The notes under the pieces were generated by a model. It saw nothing but the letters and a program-made list of their open reading frames with translations. It was not told the origin of the DNA and searched no databases. A stretch of 64,000 nt of DNA from positions 1 to 64,000 of the forward strand of contig JAMDHS010000087.1 in assembly GCA_029717555.1 (NCBI GenBank), in the 5' to 3' direction. This document shows positions 26,689-38,900 of the stretch, one piece after another (within the stretch, counting starts at the first letter, position 1; the number at the start of each line of letters is the position of its first letter). The DNA is from Peribolospora baueri. Lineage: Eukaryota. Position numbers and translations under genes: made by a program.

Positions 26689-28716
26689 GGTGTTGTGGCC
26701 GTCGTCGTCGTTCGGCTTGTTCTTTCGCTCGTGCTCCGTCCTCCCGTCTGTCATCTTATCGTTCTCGTCGCTCTGGGCGCATCGCAGAATGCTCGACGTA
26801 TTCCCATCCATCCATTCATCGATCAGAGCGGCTCTCTCTATTCCATCTTTTCTCGCCGGTGCGGTGTGGCGGAATCGTGGAGTATCCTGATTCATGTTCC
26901 ATCCATCTATCCATCCGACATTCTCTCCTTTCTTTTTTTTTTCCCTTCCTTCCTTTCGTCCTTTTCTTCCCTCCTTCCGCCCGACCTGTTCCTCTTTCTG
27001 TTATTGACTGGCCGTATGTACTTCGGACACTCGGCGGACACTTCGGACACTTCTGTTCAGTCTGGATTGCTGCACTTGTGTTTTTGTGCGCAAGGGATCG
27101 GATTGGAAACGACTTTCTGTATGTCTGTCTGACTTGACTGTCTTGTCTGTCTGCTGTCCAAACGACCACCACCACGCATCCATGCATCCATCCATTGCAC
27201 CGCTCCTTCCGTTGACGGAGGTAAATGGATTCATGTGACTTGTGGAGACGCGTCGAGACACGTGTCAGGAGCCCCTTTTCATTTCGAGAAACGGGTGGAG
27301 AGAGACGTTATGGTACGGTCTGTGTCGGTGGGAGAGACAGGGAGTAGCAAGTACCTTCTTCTCTGCGCGTCGTCCGTCCACCGCTTGCTCTCCCGTCGTC
27401 GTGCTCTCTTTTGCTTCTTTCGCCCGCCAAGAACTCGGTGTGAGTACCGCAGTAAGCAGCCGGCACTACGTTGCGAGGTATGGACGCGGTCGGGCTAGTT
27501 AGTGCATGTATGTATGTACTCGTCGTGGGGGTCGATCGGGATTGAAGTGGGCTTGTTATTGTTGTTGTTATTGGTGGGTATTGTTATGCAGCTCGTGTTG
27601 ATTGATTGATTCCCTTCTTTCTTTCTTTCTTTCTCTCCTTTCCTTTCCCTCTCTCTTTCTCTCCCTATTCTTTCCGCTGCCTGCCTGCGTCCGCCGCCCG
27701 GCTCTCCTCTCGGTCCATCCCCATCCTCATATCCTCGCTGCCGCTCGCACGCCATCTATATCGTCCTATATCCTCCTCCTCCTCACCGAATACCACGTTG
27801 GCCACGACGACGACGACGACGGCGACAACGACCGACGACGACGGCGACAACCCCTCCCCATCAAAGCGAGGCGAGAGAGGACGTGGAAAGAAAGAAGAGG
27901 GACATAGATAGCGCAACCGAACCGACCGCCGTTCTCTTCTTCCTCCACCAACCCCACCAACCCCCGTCTCGTCCTTTCGCAAGACCTGACATAGGTGCCC
28001 CCCTCCCACCCCCGCCCGCCGCCGCAAGGCCGCGCCGCATATACAATACCAGGTTGCCTGCCTTCCCCCCGCATACCGACGACCCGCCAGCCGACTACCC
28101 CTACCCCTAACCCTTCGTCGTCGTCTCGTCTTGTCTTGTCTTGTGCTCGAGGTGAGAGTGACGTGCTGGCTTGCTGATAGCATGGAAAGGACCGACGGCA
28201 GAGGAGACCGACGGACGGACGGACGGAAGGGCAAGCCAACCAAGCCGTCTTGTCTGTCTCGTCGGCACCGTCGCTCATCTCCTGCTCCTCTCTTCCTCCC
28301 TCTTTTTCCTTCTTCACCTTTCTCTCTCCTCGACGCTGCTCGTTGCTCCCGCCTTCGTTTTCCTCTCGCCCTCGCCCTCGCTCTCGCACAGGCTCGCCGT
28401 TGACGACCATCACGACCGACCCACCCATCGTCCATCGTCCGTCGTTCATCCTCCCATCTATACGCACACCCTCCTTATATCCCTTTCGTCTTTCCTTTCC
28501 TTTCTATAATTCAGTTCCTCGCCTCTTAACCTTATCGTCACTCCAGTCCCCCCAACGCCCTTGCCCCACCCACCCGAGCACGAGAGGAAGGGAACCTCGG
28601 GAAAGGGAACGATAACCGACGCCGCCTCAGGCCCCGCTCCGCCGCTTTAGCGCCGCCTTCGATACCTGCCGCCTCCCTCGGAACATACCCTCATCCCCCG
28701 CAACATCACTAACGCC

Positions 28717-31700
28717 ATGTCCCAGGCCGACGACGACCCTTTCCGCGTCCCATCCCCAGAATCCGCCGCCCCCGGTGCCAGGCGTAAGGGCAGGTCCTCC
28801 TCCTCCGCCGGTTCCGTCGGCAACCTCTCCTTCAAGGCTCCCCCTCTCCCCCCTCTACCCCCCTCCTTCTCCGTCAATAGGCCCATCTCGCCCGACACCG
28901 ATGACGCCGGCCACGGAGAAGAGCCCGGCTCCGCCGGCTTTGCCCGGCCCTCGTCTCGACGCGCCGCTCGTGCCGCCAGCGCAGCCACGACACCCACCTC
29001 CACCGCCTCCGCCACCACCGCCGGCGCCGGGGGCCTCACCCCCTCCTCCCCGTTACCCAACAGACTCCACCGCGTCGGCTCGCGCGGCTCCTTCGCCTCC
29101 TCCGTCTCCTCTAACGACCATGTCGACCAGGACGCCGAAGCCGAGTCAGTTCCCATCGAGGACCGCATCCGCCAGCTGCTCGCCGCCAAGGATCAGGAGA
29201 TTGAGCTCGCCGGACGGCTCGGTCAGTCTCTCCTCGAACAGCGCGCCGCCCTCGAAGCTCAGGCCGCCGAGCTCGCCGAGCGCAAGTCCCCGCCTGGCGG
29301 GTCCTCCACGACGAACGGCAGACGAGTCTCGGGCGCCGCCGCCGCCGCCGCCGCCGACAGGGTCGGCACGGACAGCGAAGAGGAGGAAGGCGTCAAAGAG
29401 CGTGCCGACGAGGCTAGGCGGATGCTCGCTCAACTCGAACGCGAAGCTCGCGCCTGGGACGACGGCAATGCGGGTCTTTACAAGAGTCTCTTTAAGAAGA
29501 GGGATCGTGGAAGGGAGGACATGGAGTTGGAGGAGGTCGTGAGTCGTCTGTCTCTCCACGCCCAGCCGCCGGGCAGGATCGCTCCCATTTCCTTTTGCTC
29601 ATCCCCATCTCCTTTCGCCGTCCATCTCTCTCTCCCAGCTCGCTGCCAACAGCTTCGACGCGTCCCCACGCGCCACTCGCTCCCCCGAAGAGCGCCTTGC
29701 CGCCCTCGCCGCCCAATCCACCACACCCGTCCACCCCTCCGCGAGCGGCGGCGGCCAAGCCACCAGCTCCGGAGGTGTCGGGGGGCCCACACCCACCCAA
29801 TCCAGCCGTCGCGCTCGCAATGCCGCCCACCGAGCATCGGACATCGAGTTTGCTACCGAGATCGGTCAGAGTCTCCTCGTCGAGGTCCGTCGGCTTCAGG
29901 GGCTCCTTTCTGAGCGCGATGAGGCGATTCGAAAGATGACCGCTGAGAAGGAGGACTTGGAGGGGACGCTTGCTGGCGTCGGTGCCGCGCTGAGGCAGGT
30001 CGAGGAGAGCGTGGGTGAGTCGAGTCGTGCCTTCTCTCGCCGCCGTTCTTCCCTCGCACTCATCTTCCGCCCTTTCGTCACGCTGCAGAGAGATACAAGG
30101 AAGAGAACTGGAACCTCGAGGTGCAGAACCAAGAGGTCCGCAGCCAGCTCTCCGACGCCCAGTCGTCGCTCCAAAAGACCGAACAAGAGCGTAACCGGCT
30201 CAACCGCCAGCTTGGCCAGGTGCGAGACAACTTGGACGTGCAGCGGAACGAGGTGGAGAAGCTCCAGGCGGCGCACGAGGCGCTTCGCAACAAGCACGAG
30301 ACCGACATGGCGACGATGCGCAAGCAGACCGTCGGCCTCCAGCGCGAGAAGAGCGACCTCCAGAGCGCCCTCGACTCGGCCAAGGGCGAGCTCGCCACCG
30401 TGACGCGCGTCAGGAACGTCCGCAGGCTCGGCGGCAGCTCTTCCACTCTCGATGCCTCCACCGTCGGCGAGGAAGACTTGACGGACCGGGGCGAAGAAGA
30501 GGGGCCCGAAGGCCTCGCCGCCCGCCGTCGCGCTGCCCTGCTCGCCTCCGGCGCCGTCCTCCCCTCCCCCGGTGACCTCTACGGCTCCGACTTTGGCTCG
30601 CCCGCAGGCTCGCCAGCCAAGCCGTCCCGCCTCGGCGACGAGGAGCTCCTCCAGCTCCGATCCAAGCTCGCCCGCGCGCAGAAGCGTGCCATCGCCCAGG
30701 CCGGCTCGCTCCAGCGCGAGAGGGAGCGCGCCGCCGAGCTGCGCCGCGCGCTGGAGAAGGCGGGCATTGAGTTGCCCGAGGGCATGGGCGAGGAGGAAAA
30801 TGGTGAAGAAGACGAGGAGGAGGAGGAGGAGGAAGACGACGACGGTTGGGTCGAGGAGAGTCCGATGAAGGGAGCCGCCTTGCGTCGTTCCCAGCGCGCT
30901 TCCAAGCTCGCGATGCAGCAACGCGCCGCCGCCGCTCCGGGCTCTCGCGTCCGCTCCATCGCCGCTCGCTTCGGTCTCGCCTCGGCGCCGAACAGCGACG
31001 ACGGCCACAGCAGCGAGGAGGCGGACGAGGAGCGGGAGCGGGAGGGCTCGGTGGAGAGCGCGGACAGCCGCCGTTCGCTCGATGGCATCGATCCCGCCTT
31101 TGCGGACGTCATGAGGGACGACTTTGCCACGCCTCACTCCCGTCGCCGCGCTGCTGCTGCCGGCAAGGCCAAGACGCCCGGCAGTATGAGGTCGGCGAGA
31201 AGCCCGCTCGCTCGGAGCTCTTTTGTCGCTGGAGAAGAGGACGGGGGAGAGGAGGAGGAGGACGAGGAGGAGGAGGAAGGAGAGGAGCGGACGGAGCATG
31301 CGGTCCGTCGGCGCGCGAGGCCTGCCGGCGGCATCTCCGCTCGACCCGCCTCCGAAGTCCTCGTCACCGGAGCGTTGGGCGACGAGCTGGGCGGCGCGCT
31401 GGGTGGCGCGCTGGAGCCCGCGCCCGTGGAGGAGACCGCGGAGGAGCCCGCTCGCGTGAGCATGGCGGACGCGGAGACGATGACGGACCCGTTGCCTGAA
31501 CCGGAGCCGCGCGTGGTGGAGGTGGAAGTGGAAAAGGTGGTGGAGAGGATTGTCGAGGTGGAAAAGCCGGTGGAAAGGTTGGTCGAGGTGGAAAAGGTGG
31601 TGGAGAGGATTGTCGAGGTGGAAAAGCCGGTGGAGAGGATTGTCGAGGTGGAGAAGATCGTCCACGTCGACCGACCCGTCGAGGTGGAGAAGATTGTGGA

Positions 31701-34700
31701 GAAGATCGTCCACGTCGATCGGCCCGTCGAGGTCGAAAAGGTCGTCGAGAAGGTCGTCCACGTCGATCGGTCCGTCGAGGTCGAGGTCGAGAAGCCGGTG
31801 GAGAGGATTGTCGAGGTGGAGAAGATCGTCCACGTCGATCGTCCTGTCGAGGTGGAGAAGATCGTCGAGAAGATCGTCCACGTCGATCGTCCTGTCGAGG
31901 TGGAGAAAGTCGTCGAGAAGATCGTCCATGTCGACCGTCCCGTCGAGGTAGAGAAGGTGGTGGAGAAGATCGTGGAGAAGATTGTAGAAGTGGAGAAGCC
32001 GGTCGAGGTGGAAAAGGTGGTGGAGAAGATCGTGTACGTCGACAGGCCCGTCGAGCCCGTTCCCGACGCCGACGACAAGGACAACGCCGATGCCGGCTCC
32101 CAGACCGCCAGCGACGAGGGTGCGCAGACCGACTCCCGTCGGGGCTCCTTTGGCGGCGTCAGGGCCATGGTCGCCGCCGCCGCCGGCGTCGCGGCCGTCA
32201 AGGCGGCCCACGGCGCCAGGGCGCCACACCGTCCCGGAGCATCTCTCGGAGGCACGGAGGATTGGACTGACGGCGAGACCGAGGCCGAGGCCGATTTCGA
32301 GGACGCACGCGAGAGCATTGCCGCCTCGACGCCGACGATGGCGCCGACGCCTTCCTTCAGCCCACCCGGCCAGTTCTTCCCTTCTCGCACCGACGGCGCT
32401 CGCAAGCGCGTCACGACCGAGATCGGCGTCCAGACCGAACACGCCGGCCTCTTGTACGACCCCGAGGACGGTATTGAGCGCCTCGCCCCCTTCGACGACC
32501 CACACTCCGCCCTCGCCTCCTCCCCGTCTCCCGCCGTCCCCGGTCCCAGCGCCCACCGCGACATGAGCGCCGCCCTCGGCCGCGCAGCGGCAGCCGCCGG
32601 TCCGCTCGCCCACATGAATGAACCGGCGCATAAGAGGGACTCGATCGGCACCTTTGGCGAGCACAGGGAGGACTCGATCAGAAACGAACCTGTCATCCAC
32701 CCTTCTCACATGGTCCGCCCTTACTCGTCGGCGTCGCAGAGGCGGGGCTCTATCGAGTCTGCCTACTCGTACCGCTCCGCCAGGGAGAGGAAGCTCAGTA
32801 CGCCTACGTCTCCCCTGACCATCAGGTCCATGTTCGGCGCGCCTGCCGCGCCGAGCGGCGGTAGTAGTAGTATGCCCCCTCCGTCCCATGTTCCCAGAAA
32901 GAGCTCCGGCGCCCCGTCCTCCTTCGGTCCTCCCCCACCTCTTCCCACCTCGCCTCCTCCGCAACAACTCGTTCAGCGAGCCTCCACAACGCCCACCACC
33001 AATTTCAGTGCCGCTCCTTTGCGCAACGTCTCCAACTTGCAAGTCCCTGGCTCCTCTCATGGCTCTCATGGGAGGAAGGGTCACGGTGGGAACATGCCGC
33101 CTCCGAGCGCGTACGACAACCCTTCGGTCCGTCAGCAGTCCTCGCTCACCAGCGTCCGCTCGCGCTCCAAGTCGACCAGCGCCTCGCACTACAACGAGTT
33201 TGGTAAACTCGAAAACGGCGCCGGCGCTGGCGGCGACCAGCCGGCCAACAGTAAGCTTTCCGTCAACCCTAACGCCCACAAGGGACGACACCAGAACCGG
33301 CCCGAGCGCGTGTCGATCGGCTCGATCAGCTCCGACGTCGCTTCCGATCTCTCTCGCCGCCTCTCCATGAGCTCCACGGCCACCTCTGCCGGTATGCCTA
33401 ACGACACCGGTGACGGCGGCGCCCAAGGCTCCGGCTCCTCGTCCACGGACCCGGCCGTGATCCAGGCGATCACGCAGACAATGATCGGAGAGTTCCTCCA
33501 CAAGTACACCCGCAGGGGACTCGGGAGGACGATCGGGGACAAGAGGCACAAAAGGTTCTTTTGGCTCCACCCGTACACCCAGACTCTGTATTGGGGCGTC
33601 TCCGATCCTGGCGGACACGGCGGGCAGGAGTCGTCTTCGAAGCACAGTGAGCCTTCCCTTCCAGAAGATGACGATAGCGAACTCCTCGCGCTGATCATCC
33701 TACATTCTGTCGCCCAAATTTTTCTTTTGGTCCAGCTTACATCGAGGCGGTGCAGGAGGTCGAGGATACGAACCCCAACCCTCCTGGTCTGTATCAGCGC
33801 AGTTTGCTCATCAAGACCGCGGTGCGTGACATGAAGATCACCGCGCCTAGCAAGGAGCGCCACGAGACGTGGCTGGCGGTACGTTGCGCTGCCTCGACTC
33901 CTCGCCAAACGGGATGTTTTATTCATTTTTCCCTCCTTCTTTCCCTCAGGCTTTGAGCTATCTGCTGGCACGCCCTTCTCTCCCTCACGCAGCCGCGTCC
34001 ACGTCGCCCGATCGCCCAATGGACAACAGGCCCGCGTCCCGGGCCTCCGAGCGACGGCCCGACTCGCGCATGTCCCGACGCTCTGAACCTACCGGCATCT
34101 TCCAACGTTCCAATACCACGGCGACCACGCCTCGCGAAGGCGCTTCCATCACCGGGACCGTGCGTTCCCTCATGTCTCCCGGTCGCAGCCTGAAGAGCAA
34201 AAAGTCGGGCGAATCTATGAACGTTACGTGAGTGTCATATGTCTTCAGCTCCCGCCCCCCATCCTGGTCGGTGGCCTAGGTTTGGTGCGGCTTTCTGACT
34301 CGGACTCGGACTCGACGTGGTTGACGGTCCCGCGTTTCAGTCCTCGCGCTCGCGGCGCTACCATTAGCGCGAGCAGCGCCCTCAACCTCAGCTCGAGCAA
34401 GCGTCGAGGCACGCCCGCTCGCGAGTACCTGGAGCGCGTGGAGAACGAGATATACTCGAGCCCGACGAATCGCCCCCGAAGGCCTCGAACCGGCGACTCC
34501 TCGCAACACCAAGACGAGGATGAATTGGAGAACTTCCCTCACTCTCCGCGTTCCGCCGATAACTGCGGCCTCAAGAGCGCTGAGCAGATGCTCGAGGAAG
34601 ACGCCGAGCTCCACGGCGACGGTTACGATGGCATCGATAACAGCCGCGTCTGCTGTGGTGGCAAGCACACCGTGGGAGAGCACATTTGGGAGGAGCGTCA

Positions 34701-35186
34701 GAAGCAAAAGGCTCAGCAAAAGTCGCCGTCGCGGCAGAAGTCGCCGTCACGGAAATCGTGAGTCGTCTGTGCCCTTCCTCCCCTTCCGCATGTTCCGCGG
34801 GCGTTCTCGCCCACCACGTTTGTTTGAGTCCAAGGACGGGAAAGCTGACCCCTGGTTGGTTGGAAACCCCCGTCCCCTTGCTTCGTCCCGCCTCTCCCCC
34901 CACTTAACACAGTACGATCCGCCACAAGCAGCACCCCCCCTTGCCTGCGTCCCGTCCACATTCGCCCATTCCCGATCTGCCGCCCAAGCTCTCGCTCAAC
35001 CTATCCACCGACGGACGGTTGACGCCCGGCCTGGCCTCCCCTTCCGCCTCTGGCTCCATGAGGGGATCCACCGACGCGGCGAGATCCGAGCATGCGCCTG
35101 CTCCCCTCGGCCCGACGGCGTCGGTCTTGGCGAGCATTCGCAAGAAGAGAGCTTCCGAGGGCCCTCGGTCGCCCAACATGGCCTGA
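28717..35186 (+). CDS. apsA: ApsA/Num1/Mcp5-like cortical dynein-anchoring nuclear migration protein
   Basis: Seven exons (28717-29538, 29639-30014, 30089-33646, 33737-33878, 33950-34227, 34341-34757, 34913-35186). N-terminal coiled coil (EIELAGRLGQSLL, DIEFATEIGQSLLVEVRRLQ, RYKEENWNLEV) and a Mcp5-type PH domain (DPAVIQAITQTMIGEFLHKYTRR...RHKRFFWLHPYTQTLYW...MKITAPSKERHETWLAALSYLL), followed by CCGGKH. Confidence 0.9.
31513..32055 (+). repeat. Coding tandem repeat (VEVEKIVEKIVHVDRP / VERIVEVEKP units) inside apsA
   Basis: About 180 aa made almost entirely of V/E/K/I/R/P/D/H, in mixed ~10-16-aa units. Confidence 0.95.
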
Positions 35187-35936
35187 GATGATGATGCCCA
35201 GTCGCCATCGGTCGGATCCATCGGTTCGTCGATTCCGTTTGCACTAACGCCCAAAAAAAGACAGTTTTCGTCTCCTCTTCCTCCCCTCCAACCGCGCGCG
35301 CCGCTTCCTCGCCTTCCTTGCTCAAGTCTCAACGTAGGCCTCGCTCGGTTGTCGTTCCCGAGCCGTCTCGATCGACCTTCTTGTTTTAGTACGCCTTCGA
35401 CTTCTCCATTCTTCCTATTGGGGCCCCGTTCCCGTTCGATATTCGATCTCTCTGGCCGCACGCTCCCGCATCACACTCGTTTGTAACCGTTTTCGTTTCC
35501 TCTTCCTTTTCCTTTTCCTTTTCCTTTTTTTTTTGCTCTTCTCAAATCATTTTTCTCCGTCCGTCTCCACTGTTGGGCCTCCTCTTTGCCTCTCCCCTCT
35601 CCGCTCCTTTCGCTTGCAAAGAACGTTTCCTTTCGCTCGGTGAGCCTGCGTTCAAGCCGCCCGCCGCACGGCCGCTGCCTGCCGTGCATAGACTTGATCG
35701 GGACGCGTCTGGTTTGGCAGAACGTGTGATGCGCGCGACCTCCCTCACCTTCCGGCACTCTGGCGTGCGGACTTTTGTCTGCCCGTTGGCATCTTTCCCT
35801 GGCACACACTGGGAAAGTGTATGGAAAAGAGGGAGCGCAAAAAAAGCAATGATTCCATCCCGACCTAATACTACAAGGAATTAAAGATATGAGAAAAAAA
35901 AGCTACAACGACCGCCAGGGCCCTCCCTGGTTTCGA

Positions 35937-38900
35937 TCACCAGAAAGCGCACCAGCCGATGAAAGCTCTGGTCGCGACGGGTGAGAAGGAGCGCGTGACT
36001 CGTATCAGCAACTCAGGTTTTCGCGATCAGAAGGGCACGCTATCCAAACATGGACTCACTGGCAGAGGTTCTCCAGCGACGTCGCTTCAAGAATGAGTCG
36101 CTGTACTTGTGCCGGGACGGGGAGGGACACGTTCGGGTTAAAGTCTCTACCGTTGAGCTTGTTCTGAATGCGCCTGACGACCTCCAGGGCCCTCTGGTTC
36201 CTCGCTTCCGCACCGCCTTGGTTCGTCCCTGCCACATAACGGGAGGTGTTGCGTGTCAATGCATTTTCCTTATCAGATGAAGACTCATGCCCGAACGGCG
36301 CTGGCTCACCCTCAATCCGCTCGACTTCGCTGGCTCGCGAGGTAGAGTTCCTCGCGCGATGCCCGGGCACGGTTTCTGCAAAGACACCAGAAAGGTCAAT
36401 TAGAGTCACGTCGAGAATGTAATACGGTGGTTCGCTCTGCTAGCGCGTTCGCTCACCGTTTGGTCGGGCATCCGGCGCGGCCCCGTCTTCCGGCCCCGTC
36501 ATAAGCCTCCAGCTGATGAGAGGGTCGTGCACAAACGCCTCGAGCAGTGCGAGCACGCTCTCCTTGTTGTCTCGCAAAACGCGCATGACAATCTCTGACG
36601 TGATCTTGAACGTGCCCTTGATGCCGCCAACCTCCATGGCGTTGACGAGCATACGGGTGAGCCTGAAAGGGACCTTCTCCGGGAACTTTGGCCGGTGACA
36701 CGCCACCTCGAAACAATCGCCAAAGTCGATATGCACGAGCTGACCCGTCACCCGGTCTAAGAGAAGGTTGGATGGGTGTCGGTCGCCGAGACCAAGAATG
36801 TAGCCTGCCACTGAAGAGGTCGCCAAAGACCGCGTGTACGCCGAGCGACGGTCGAGCCACACTTCCGAGTTCCTTGACTTGAGCCACAAGACCCGGTACA
36901 GGTCTTGTCCCGTCGTGTTCTCGAGCGCGTACTCGAATACCTCCACTTTTTGCATGAGGGTGAGGTTATCGTAGTCCGGTGCCATCTGCAGTCAGTGCGT
37001 AAGGATCGGTGGTCATTGAGAATGCCACTATTTAACCGCAGTGTAACAGTTCGATGCACACGTACCTGCAACATGAGACGATGCTCGATGTTGAGCAAAA
37101 TCTTGCTGTGCTCCCGGTATTCTTTGATAAGCACGTGAAGGGTGTCGCTGTTCTCCACCCATCCCAGCAACCCGGAATTGGGCGAAAGAGGGATGACAGG
37201 AAATTGTCTAATGTCGAGCCGTCGTTTATAACTCTCAGAGTCGATGGAAAGAAGAGTGTTAACCAGTCCGAAGAGTTGCATGACACGCTCGTCTTGACGA
37301 AGGTCCTCATGACCTTTGAGAAGATATTGGTAAACAACGCCATTGCTGCCTCGCATCTTCAGCCGTCGAGGTCGCTGCTTTGAGGTGATGACTGGCACGA
37401 TCTGATCAAAGCCGGCGATGCGGATGATCGGCTGTCCACTCTGATAAGTCCCGGGCACAGCCAATTCGAGGTCGCGCATAGCCAGGAGCTTGGGCGAAAC
37501 GTATTGAAGATCGAGATTGACGGAGGACGGTGCCGGAAGCTGTTTGGCAATCCTTCGGAAGACCTGAAAATGGCACGAAAAAACGATGTCAGAACGCGTC
37601 GAAGTCGCACTCTGACGGTGTGGACTTACGTGGTAGTACAAGTCCCAGGCTTGATTGAGATCGCTGATATCTCCATACTGACGGTATCGCCTTCCACACT
37701 CCCTGGCGTCGTGAAGGTCTCTGCCGTGAGCCTGGAAGAAGGAAGTCTCGCGCAAGGTCTCCGGTCCCTGTTTCGCATTGAAAAGAAAATGATAAGAGTC
37801 GACCTTACTGAGATTCCCCCGCGGGTTATCCAGACGAACTCACTCTGTCCAGGAGTGCGTGCAGGCGCTCCAGAGCATCGAACATGGCCTCTATGTTGTT
37901 CTCTGTGAAGTAGAAACGTGAGGCCTCTTCCAAGCCTTCGTGCCACAGCTCGTGCCAAAGAATGGCCACGCGGATCAGCTCGTCACGGACGAGGAGTGCC
38001 TGTTCGACAAGCAGAGGACTGTGCTCTCTGAGACTGTCCATGATTCCTTTTGCTGCGCTGTGGCGAGGTGTGCTCGGCGACTTGGCCGCCACAGTGAGTG
38101 GGTATACCAGAGCTTGCGGGTGTGCGCTTCCGACGTCGGACAACAGGTGGTGAATCAGCCGTCGGACTTTCGGGCTGGGAGCGTTGATCCTAGCGATGAT
38201 CTACGTAATACGAAGTGATAAGTTCGGCAACCTCGAGAGCATGGAGCAAGTAATGAGCGGCTCACCTGAGGGATGACTTCGAGCCAGGTGTCGACGCTGA
38301 CACTGCTGAAACCTTCGCTGACTGCGTCGCTGACGTGCTCTTCGTAACCGAACTTGAACCACAGAGTGAGGAGACGCAGAGTGTCCTGGAGAGAGTTGCC
38401 CTTAGCGAGTGCGATGGATCGGAAGAAACCTGTAGAAAAGTAAATGGGAGGTTAGCCTGTTCAAGAGATAGCTGCTGTAAGACGGATGTTGCTCACCCTG
38501 CACCGACGGGACGATGCTTGCCGCTATCATATGAGCAGGAATGACGTCGCCCATGTTCTCATGATAGGTGATGACTTCGAAGTTTGCCAGAGCCCAGGCA
38601 TGCCAAGCTTTGTACCAGGCTCGGTCGAGCTCCGTTGCTCGTCGATACGAGTCAATAACATCGCAATTGTCGTCCTAAATGGAGAGTGCAAAGCGGAATC
38701 AATAATGTGAAAATACAAAGAAAGCGGACTCTTTCACTCACAGTAACCCAATCCTCCTGTAGCGCTGCCTGCCACTCTCCTTGCTTGAAATAGCATCTCG
38801 CAAGAAGCTTGGCAAATTCTGTGAGCCGATTGGAGCTCTCCAGCCAGTCTTGAGCGAGGGGTTGACCAGAGGCATCAACGGCATTCAAGCCGAGATCCTC

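Noticed and set aside
28096..28114. CCCTAACCC telomere-like or telomerase-template-like motif
   Set aside because: It is a single degenerate unit within a short CTACCC repeat, with no supporting structure.
29896..33645. 1,249-aa antisense ORF (and the 520-aa ORF 31134-32696) over apsA
   Set aside because: These are shadow ORFs from high GC3 and repetitive codons on the sense strand. No recognisable domain.
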